From: Dehalococcoidia bacterium
GTDB lineage: Bacteria; Chloroflexota; Dehalococcoidia; Lucifugimonadales; Lucifugimonadaceae
DNA: 64,000 nt
Assembly: GCA_965197765.1 (NCBI GenBank)
Contig: OZ240225.1
Span: 1,366,837 to 1,430,836, forward strand
Reading direction: 5' to 3'
A program made the translations under genes and the position numbers. Positions 45,801 through 53,500 of the stretch are shown one piece after another. Every line of letters starts with the position of its first letter. Position 1 is the first letter of the stretch. The notes under the pieces were generated by a model. That model was given only the letters and a program-made list of their open reading frames with translations, did no database searches and had not been told where the DNA came from.

Positions 45801-48800
45801 CCGCGCCGTCCGACCTCGAGGCGACGCTCAACGCGGACGGCGGCGGGGTCCCGGGCGACGCGCTCTGCACGCTGATCGCCCCGGCGAACCTGTCCGAACG
45901 GAGCGTGAACAACTTCGCCGCTCCGGCCTCGGGGACGATCTGCCCGACCCTCGTGAAAGAGACGACCTACTTCGTGGTGGTCGAAAGGATCGGCGTCACA
46001 AATTCCGGCACCATCGCCGTCGGAGGAACGGCGAGCGATGCCGAAGACTCGGGGGCCGCGGCGGGGTGGTCCATCGCGGACGGAAGCACGACATATTCTC
46101 CTCAGGCCGCCGACCAGGGATGGGCCTCGGACGCGTTTTCATACAAGATCGAGGTGCGCGGCTCCTTCATCAACAACCCGGCCGTCGGCAAGGCGACGGT
46201 CACGGGAACGGCGCAGGTGGGGCGGACGCTCGCCGCGACGGTCTCCGACGTGTCGGACGACGACGGGCTGACACAGGCGGCCTACTCGTACCGGTGGTTG
46301 CGGGTCGACGGCGCGACCGAGACGAGCATCGGGAGCGGCTCGTCCTCCTACGAACTCGTCGCCGAGGATCTGGGCAAGCGGGTCAAAGTGCGGGCAGCGT
46401 TCGTCGACGACCGCGGCAACTATGAAACGCTGACCAGCGCGGCTACCGCGACGGTCGAGGTTTTCAAGGCGGCGGACCGGCCCGGAACCGTTTCGCTCTT
46501 CCCGGCGCGGCCGAGGGTCGGGACGGTTGTCAGCGCCGCGCTGAGCGATCCCGACGGCCTCAAGGGCGGCGGCTCGGGTCCTGCGGCGTCCCTGGGCGCG
46601 GTTTCGTGGATCTGGGCCAGGTCTCCTGACGGGACCTCCTGGACCAGCGTCAAGGCGTACGGCGAAGGAGGCAGCTACGTTCCAACCGAAGAAGACGAAG
46701 GGATGCTGCTCAAGGTCGAGGCGTCGTACACCGACGGGCACGGCCCCGGCAAGTCCGCGGAAGCTGTTTCGATCGCCGGCGCGGGCGCCCGCGAATCGGG
46801 TCCGGAACTGAAGGTGACGGAAATCGTCCAGGACCTTTCCCACCCGTGGGGCATCGATTTCACCCCCGACGGGACGATGCTGTTCACCGAACGCGCCGGC
46901 GTGCTGAGCGCGCGTCTGACCGACGGCACCGTCAAGCGCGTGACCGCGGATCTCGGAGATCTGCTTGTCGACGGGTTCGCCGGTCTGCAGGCGCTGGCCG
47001 TGGACCCGGACTTTGCGACCAACCGGCGGTTCTACACGCTCCAGGGGCACACCGGACGCGAGATGCAGGTGATCGTTTGGACGATCGACGCGGACTACGA
47101 GGAGGCCACACGCGTCGTCGATCCTCTGGTGAAGGGCATTCCGATGGGGCCCGGCCCCTGGCACTCGGGAGGCCGGCTGGTGTTCGGCCCGGAGGGATAT
47201 CTCTGGATCGCGACCGGCGACGGGCGGGTGGTAACGGGCGCGCAGGACCTGACGTCCCTGGGCGGCAAGGTCCTCCGCGTAGACCCGCGGACGGGCGCCG
47301 GGGCGCCCGGCAATCCGTTCGGCGCCTCCTCGCCGGTGTACGCCTACGGCTTCCGCAACCCCCAGGGCCTGGCTCTGCGCCCGGGCACGGATCAGATGTG
47401 GCTGGTGGAGCACGGCCCGAGACACGACGATGAGATCAATCTGCTCGCGGCAGGGGGCAACTACGGCTGGGACCCGGACGGCGGTTCGTCGGTCTTCTAC
47501 GACTATGCCGACGAGGCCGGCGTCCCCATGACGGATCTGGCGAAGTTCCCTTCCGCCCTCGAGGCCAGGTGGTCTTCTGGATTCCCCACTCTGGCGACTA
47601 GCGGAGCAGTCTTCCTCGAGGGGTCGCAATGGGCGGAGTGGGAAGGACGCCTCGCGGTGGCCACGCTGAAGACGAAGTCGCTTCGGGTCTTCGAGTTTAC
47701 CGAACAGGGCGATTTCGTGAGTCAGATCGTCGTTCCGGAGCTCTACGGCAGCCGCAGCCACGCCCGGCTGCGGACCCCGGTGCTCGGCCCCGACGGGGCT
47801 CTGTACATCGCCACCTCCAACAAACCCGGCGTCGACAGGATTCTCAGGGTGACCGCCAACCTTCCCGCGACGGGAGAGCCGTTCATCAGCGGCACGCCGC
47901 GCGTTGGCGGGACGCTGACGGCGGACACGACGGGCGTCGCCGACGGGGACGGTCTGGAAAATGTCGACTTCATCTACCAGTGGATGCGCATCGACGGCGC
48001 GGTCGAGACGAACATCGGGACCGGCTCGTCATCCTACACGCTCGTCGCCGAGGATTCTGGCAAGACCATCAAGGTACGGGTGACATTCACCGACGACGCT
48101 GACCACGAGGAGACGCTGACCAGCGCGGCGACGGGGGTGGTTGCGGCCAAGCCCAACTCTCCGGCCACGGGAGCGCCCACCATCATTGGTACGGCCCAGG
48201 CGGGCGAGACGCTGACAGCGGACGTTTCCGGCGTCAACGATGAGGACGGGCTGGACGACGTTTCCTACAGCTACCAGTGGGTTTCCAACGACGGGCCCAC
48301 CGACACGGACATCCAGGACGCCACGGATTCCACCTACACCCTGGCCGATAGCGACGCAGGCAAGTCCATCAAGGTGCGGGTGTCCTTCACCGACAACGCT
48401 GACCACGAGGAGACGCTGACCAGCGCAGCAACGGAGGTGGTGCAGCAGGGTAGTAACGCCTGGTCCGCCACAATGACCGTGGAGACCAGGGATGGTTTCA
48501 CAGGGTATTCGTTCTGGGGCGATCCCCACCTGGGGTCCCTCTCGGCGACCGAGGTCGAATGGGACGGCAAGACCCACTATGTCAGGTTCCTCTTTCTCAA
48601 GGACGGCGAGCTGAGGCTCGGCCTGAACGAGGAGATGTTTTCCACCGGCTTCGTGCTGTCGGTTGGGGACGAGGAGTTCGGCTCGGCGAAGGCCATGCTG
48701 GATCATCTCGGTGCGTCCTACAGATTCCGGTGGGATGACCCGGGATTGGGCTGGTCGGACGGGGAGGAGGTGTCGGTGAACCTCGTGCGGTCCGACCAGA

Positions 48801-50017
48801 ATACTCCGGCCCTGGGCGCGCCGACCATCAACGGTACGGCGCAGGTGGACGAGACGCTGACGGCGGACACCACCGGTGTTGAGGACGCGGACGGGTTGAC
48901 CAACGTGTCGTACAGCTACCAGTGGATCGCCGGAGGATCGGACATCGACGGGGCCACCGGCTCGACCTACGAACTTACCGGCAGTGAGCAGGGTCAGACC
49001 ATCCAGGTCCGGGTGACTTTCACCGACGACGCTGACCACGAGGAGACGCTGATCAGCGCGGCCACCGTTGAGGTGGCGGCCAAGCCCAACACTGCGCCCA
49101 CGGGCCTGCCCACCATCGGCGGGACCCCTCAGGTGGAACAGACGCTGACCGCGGACACGTCGGGAATTACCGACGCCGACGGGCTCACCAACGTTTCCTA
49201 CAGCTACCAGTGGGTTTCCAACGACGGGACCACCGACACGGACATCCAGGACGCCACGGATTCCACCCACACCCTGACCGACGACGACGCAGGCAAGACC
49301 ATCGAGGTGCGGGTGACCTTCACCGACGACGCCGAAAACGCCGAGACGCTGACCAGCGCGGCGACGGCGGCGGTTGCGGCCAAGCCCAACTCTCCGGCCA
49401 CGGGAGCGCCCACCATCGGCGGGACGCCCCAGGTGGGTGAGACGCTGACGGCGGACACCTCCGGCATATCGGACGACGACGGGTTGACCAACGTTTCGTA
49501 CAGCTACCAGTGGACCGCCGGAGGGTCGGACATCGCCGGAGCCACCGGCTCCAGCTACACCCTCAAGGGCGTGCAGAATGGGCAGACAATCCAAGTCCGG
49601 GTCTCCTTCCGTGACGACGCAGACCACGAGGAGACGCTGACCAGCGCGGCGACGGGGGCGGTTGCGGCCAAGCCCACGCCGCTGACCGTCCGCCTGGTGT
49701 TCCCCGTGGCCGGCCATCACGGCGCCTCGAATGTCTTCACATTCGACATCCGGTTCAGCGAGGAGATTCCCCTCAGCTACAAGACCCTCAAATTCCACGC
49801 CTTCGACGTGACAGGCGGGACCATCTTGAGGTCGCAACGAATGAACAAGCCCAGCAACATAAAGTGGCGAATAATGGTGAGGCCAGACTCCAGCGAGGAT
49901 GTGACCATCGTTCTGCCCGCCACAACGGACTGTGAGGCTCAGGGGGCCATCTGCACGGAGGACGGCAGAATGCTGTCCAACAGTCTGGTGTTCACCGTCA
50001 GTGGTTCGAGCGGATAG
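42869..50017 (+). CDS. Giant secreted mosaic protein C (2382 aa) with propeller blades, LRR block and PQQ-type sugar dehydrogenase-like domain
   Basis: ATG 4 nt after the stop of B. Signal MIAFRRLAPLPLLLVGLTVLAAAAFVPWIVHAQS and about six 45-aa blades (GIWSDGTTMWVAD..KLYAYRM). LRR block (LDLSGNxLxxLPxGVFxGL) and a 5-blade module also found in protein E. QAFTTG module and 7 YQW repeats. GSDH-like propeller (HPWGIDFTPDG...GGRLVFGPEGYLWIATGD...YAYGFRNPQGLA). MTV-type module and C-terminal Cys module. Confidence 0.85.
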   Translation: MIAFRRLAPLPLLLVGLTVLAAAAFVPWIVHAQSRDSGSEFTLAAANGYPTGIWSDGTTMWVADFEDSKLYAYRMSDRSRDSGKDFTLDAVNGSPVGIWSDGTTMWASDFSDAKLYAYRMSDRSRDSGKDFNTLSAAGNKFPEGIWSDGITMWVADTGNDTVFAYDLSTRARDFEKDVTLAPGHDSPMGVWSNGSTMWVSDWRDAKLYAYRMSDRSWDSGKDFALDADDESYEGIWSAGSTMWVASRDDGTLYAYDWNNPAAGTPTIVGAVRVDEKLAAGTHSIADADGLDDANFRYQWVSSDGNAYTDIAGATGSTYTVASSDTGRTVKVRVSFTDHAGNEESLTSEPTGRVGAQGVCDRTPSVMAAIVAGMSGVDDCSEVSETRLGTWAGSEGYGPGVTPGLRLQGRGLSVLQAGDFRDLRALRALDLSRNFLETVPDGLFEDLEMVEELYLSGNLLNELPDGTFDGQTANLSVLDLSGNSMDELPEGVFDGLGDLQSLSLSGNGVKNLPENVFADLGSLAVLDLSGNELEDLPVGVFEGLSGLTDLDAGDNPGAPFTFTAELERRGDDAVVVRSAEGAAPLGLKIELSALNGELSSETVIIASGSSYSDVVDVSAHGDRPVTVRIESAAFLLPAGSSASGIRADRGSAMLMWIGRPQVQREWIQDGNFALHPENADPKSIWSDGETLWVGDDGAGKVFAYKLWDNPDTAVNEYGTRDPGWDVPSLGQEDYHVTGHGARLYVAEESLEGASRDVFGYDLTGLTRAEDRDFVYGGLNVAGGVWIVRGLATDGRHMWITDTTSHAHAFRLADDPETPEDEYGRPDTSRRLTIPGSGQLTGLFTDGRTMWGVRFASHDTSVRSVKLSDGTGAGYDFPLHEENEHAFGVWSNGETFYVVDAVDAMIYTYGDVDGVVRPSVEDAETAAALVGNTTRSGDDAHDLGSAGVKRAQAFTTGPNNPGYALASVGIGFGDVSDASSAPSDLEATLNADGGGVPGDALCTLIAPANLSERSVNNFAAPASGTICPTLVKETTYFVVVERIGVTNSGTIAVGGTASDAEDSGAAAGWSIADGSTTYSPQAADQGWASDAFSYKIEVRGSFINNPAVGKATVTGTAQVGRTLAATVSDVSDDDGLTQAAYSYRWLRVDGATETSIGSGSSSYELVAEDLGKRVKVRAAFVDDRGNYETLTSAATATVEVFKAADRPGTVSLFPARPRVGTVVSAALSDPDGLKGGGSGPAASLGAVSWIWARSPDGTSWTSVKAYGEGGSYVPTEEDEGMLLKVEASYTDGHGPGKSAEAVSIAGAGARESGPELKVTEIVQDLSHPWGIDFTPDGTMLFTERAGVLSARLTDGTVKRVTADLGDLLVDGFAGLQALAVDPDFATNRRFYTLQGHTGREMQVIVWTIDADYEEATRVVDPLVKGIPMGPGPWHSGGRLVFGPEGYLWIATGDGRVVTGAQDLTSLGGKVLRVDPRTGAGAPGNPFGASSPVYAYGFRNPQGLALRPGTDQMWLVEHGPRHDDEINLLAAGGNYGWDPDGGSSVFYDYADEAGVPMTDLAKFPSALEARWSSGFPTLATSGAVFLEGSQWAEWEGRLAVATLKTKSLRVFEFTEQGDFVSQIVVPELYGSRSHARLRTPVLGPDGALYIATSNKPGVDRILRVTANLPATGEPFISGTPRVGGTLTADTTGVADGDGLENVDFIYQWMRIDGAVETNIGTGSSSYTLVAEDSGKTIKVRVTFTDDADHEETLTSAATGVVAAKPNSPATGAPTIIGTAQAGETLTADVSGVNDEDGLDDVSYSYQWVSNDGPTDTDIQDATDSTYTLADSDAGKSIKVRVSFTDNADHEETLTSAATEVVQQGSNAWSATMTVETRDGFTGYSFWGDPHLGSLSATEVEWDGKTHYVRFLFLKDGELRLGLNEEMFSTGFVLSVGDEEFGSAKAMLDHLGASYRFRWDDPGLGWSDGEEVSVNLVRSDQNTPALGAPTINGTAQVDETLTADTTGVEDADGLTNVSYSYQWIAGGSDIDGATGSTYELTGSEQGQTIQVRVTFTDDADHEETLISAATVEVAAKPNTAPTGLPTIGGTPQVEQTLTADTSGITDADGLTNVSYSYQWVSNDGTTDTDIQDATDSTHTLTDDDAGKTIEVRVTFTDDAENAETLTSAATAAVAAKPNSPATGAPTIGGTPQVGETLTADTSGISDDDGLTNVSYSYQWTAGGSDIAGATGSSYTLKGVQNGQTIQVRVSFRDDADHEETLTSAATGAVAAKPTPLTVRLVFPVAGHHGASNVFTFDIRFSEEIPLSYKTLKFHAFDVTGGTILRSQRMNKPSNIKWRIMVRPDSSEDVTIVLPATTDCEAQGAICTEDGRMLSNSLVFTVSGSSG

Positions 50018-50164
50018 AGCGGGAAGTCAATCGCTCCGTCTTACTGGCAACAAGAAATGCCCGCATATGCGAATGGCCGGAGGCCAGCGGTCTCTCCCGG
50101 TCCGGATACGTCCCGGTGGCGTGTGCCTGACTTTCGTTTGTGTCGGCAATAGCGAAAAGCCGCA

Positions 50165-50228
50165 GAAACACTCTCCCTCAGAGCAAACAAATTGTCGCCC
50201 CCAAGAGTGTGATTTGACACTTACCAAA
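50165..50228 (+). promoter_or_regulatory. Copy B of recurring upstream motif
   Basis: GAAACACTCTCCCTCAGAGCAAACAAATTGTCGCCCCCAAGAGTGTGATTTGACACTTACCAAA, about 300 nt upstream of giant ORF D and co-oriented with it. Confidence 0.5.
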
Positions 50229-50529
50229 GCCTTGAAGAGTCTCTACAGTTTTCATGGGTTGATGCGTAAGAAGAATCACCAGATAACCGGAATCACAGGC
50301 CGCCGCTCTACGTGCGGACAGCGGAGGAGGTCGTAGGCCCCGCTCATCCCGCCCGTGCAGAGGGAGGCATTCATTTGGCGCTCGACAGACCGGTCCATGC
50401 ACCTGAGGCGGCGGACAGCCCCCGCCGTCGCGGCTCCGGTCGCTCTGGGGTCAGCCGCGCACGGCGACCTAGCACAGATGTCCCCCGGGTTTATCGATTC
50501 TTCGTGCTGGGTAGAAAAAGGGTGGTGCC

Positions 50530-53500
50530 ATGACTCTGCCCAGCCGCCGTGCTCCTCTAACCCTCCTCATCCTTCCCGGGCTACTAGCCCTATTCGCCCT
50601 GTACTTGGTCATACCCTGGTCCACAGCCTCCGCGCAGCAAGCCTCACAGGAGGATACCTGTCCCGGAGCCGACTCAGCCCCGACGCCGACCGTGGTAGAG
50701 GTTCGGGCCGTTCCTATCGTGGTCGAGTCCACTACCGACGAGTACTTCGTGCTCTATGTGCGGCACGATCTGGACGCGGACACCACGTTTGAAGTACCGG
50801 TCGGAGTGACCCTGGGCCAGGACGGCGCCACGACGCTGACCGAGAGCCCGGAGGCGCTGCCCAAAGAGCGCTACCGGGTGGAGAAATACCTCGTCAGCGA
50901 CCCCGCCGATGTCGATGGTGATTGCACTGATGACATTACAGAGCTGGCGGACCCGGTGGGCATGAACCCGGTGAACCCTGTCCCAGCCATGAGGTTTGAC
51001 GATGGCGCGGCGGCCATTCCTAACCGCGAGACGTATATGTCGCTTGCCTACAAGGGTGACAGCGGTATCGACAGCCATCTCAGGAACCTGGAGGCCGTCA
51101 AGTTCCATATGGTCGACATGAACACCGACCGCCCATCCGTCTATTTCATGAACACCAAGACGTACCGACGACACTATGACTTCTCGGCGGCCGTTGGTCT
51201 CGAGGTCAACCCACTCCACGGACATGAGACGATGATCGCCGAGATGGTATACCACCCAACAGCGGTTGCTCCCGACGGGTCTCTGGGTGTTTATCGTTTC
51301 CAGTTCGGGGCCAACGATGTCTACTCTTTCAAAGAGATTTCCTATGCGTTCACGGTTCTGGCAGCCAGCATGCCGCTCCTGGAAGATAACCTCGCCTACT
51401 ATCCGATGTGGTCCAAGGCGGTGGCACGGTATCACAAGGATCAGTCTCTCTATGATGATTCCCGGGTCGACGTGCTGCTCGCAGAAGACATCGCTTTCGA
51501 TCTGGATTTCATCTCCCTCAACCGGGGAAGGGGGTTCGGTTTCCTGCGGGTCATGGCGCTGGAGGAACGCCCCAACCCTCGCGACATCGTGATCTATGAC
51601 GCCCTGCCCAACGAGCTCCCCCGCGTTGCCGGCATCATCACCACCGTGCCGCAAACGCCGCTTTCGCATGTCAACCTGCGCGCCGTGCAAGACGGCGTCC
51701 CCAACGCCTTTGTCCGCGACGCTCTGGAGGCCCCCGACATTGAGGGTCTCATCGGCAGCTATGTCCAGTACCTTGTAGGATCGACCGCGTACTTTGTCTT
51801 CGCAGCCTCGCCCTCGGAAGTCGATACCCACTACGCCGATTCCCGCCCTTCCGAGCCCCAGACGCCGGAACGGGACCTTACGGTCACGGAAATCACCCCC
51901 CTCAGCGACATTGAATTCGACGACTGGAACGCGTTTGGCGTCAAGGCGGCGAACGTGGCCGTTCTGGGAACTCTGGACTTTCCCGAGAACACCGTCCCCG
52001 ACGGGTACGCGGTGCCGTTCTACTTCTACGACGAGTTCATGAAGCACAACGGGTTCTACGACGACGTTAAGGAATTGCTGGCCGACCCGAATTTCCAATC
52101 GGACTTCGACACTCAGGAGTCCAAGCTCAAGAAGCTGCGCAAGAAGATTAAGAAGGGCGAGACGCCCGAATGGATGACCGGCGCGCTGGAGGAGATGCAC
52201 GCTGGGTTCCCCGCAGGCACATCCTTGCGCTACCGGTCCAGCACCAACAACGAAGACCTGCCCGGTTTCAGCGGCGCGGGGCTGTACGACTCCAAGACAC
52301 AGCATCCTGATGAGACCGAAGAAGACGGGATTGCCAAATCGCTCAAGCAGGTGTACGCCAGCCTGTGGAACTTCCGGGCATTCACCGAACGCGAGTTCTA
52401 TCGCGTCGATCACCTGGCGGCGGCGATGGGGGTGCTGGTGCATCCCAACTACTCCGACGAACTGGCCAACGGCGTCGCCGTCAGCTTCGATCCTATCCGA
52501 ATGAGATACGGAAATTACTACGTCAACTCGCAGCTCGGAGAGGACCTGGTCACCAATCCCGACGCGCACTCGGCGCCGGAGGAAATCCTGTTGCACCAGG
52601 GCGGTGAGTACACCGTCCTCGCGACCTCCAACCAGATGCAGCAGGGGCAACTCCTTATGAGCGACGCCCAAATGGATCAGTTGCGCCGTCATCTCGAACT
52701 GATCCATGACGAGTTCGCCGAGCTGTACGGTGTCGAAGCCGATGAGCCGTTCGCCATGGAGATCGAGTTCAAGATCACCAGTGACGATGTTCTGTCGATC
52801 AAGCAGGCCCGCCCCTGGGTCTTCGGCGACGACGCACCATCGGAAAACCGCCCGCCTACCGGAGCGCCCACCATCAGTGGGACGGCTCAGGTGGACGAGA
52901 CGCTGACGGCGGACATCTCGGGCATCACCGACGCCGACGGGCTGACCAGCGTTTCTTACAGCTACCAGTGGATCGCAAACGATGCGAGCGCCGACACGGA
53001 CATAAGCGGTCAGACAGGCTCGACCTATACCCTGTCGGACGCCGACGTGGGAAAGACCATCAGTGTGCGGGTGAGCTTTACCGACGACCGGGGCTACGAG
53101 GAGACGCTGACCAGCGCAGCAACCACTGCCGTCACCGGTCCCAACAGCCCGGCCACGGGAGCGCCGACCATCAGTGGGACGGCTCAGGTGGGCGAGACCC
53201 TCACGGCGGACGTTTCCGGCATTGTAGATGCCGACGGGCTGACCAGCGTTTCTTTCAGCTACCAGTGGATTGCAAACGATGCGAGCGCCGACACGGACAT
53301 AAGCGGTCAGACAGGCTCGACCTACACCCTGGTCTCCGCCGATGTGGGCAAGACCATCAAGCTGCGGGTGTCCTTCACCGACGACGCAGACCACGAGGAG
53401 ACGCAGACCAGCGCAGCAACCACTGCCGTCACCGGTCCCAACAGCCCGGCCACGGGAGCGCCGACCATCAGTGGGACGGCTCAGGTGGGCGAGACCCTCA

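Noticed and set aside
49671-50017. Diversity-generating retroelement hypothesis: a C-terminal variable region in paralogous surface proteins
   Set aside because: No reverse transcriptase or Avd-like gene is in the window and no separate template repeat was found. The differences between module copies involve all four bases rather than adenine-specific changes.
50213-50218. TTGACA inside motif copies A and B as a -35 box
   Set aside because: No acceptable -10 hexamer lies 16-19 nt downstream in either copy. The hexamer is CTGGCA in copies C and D. The distance to the start codon varies from about 45 to more than 1000 nt.
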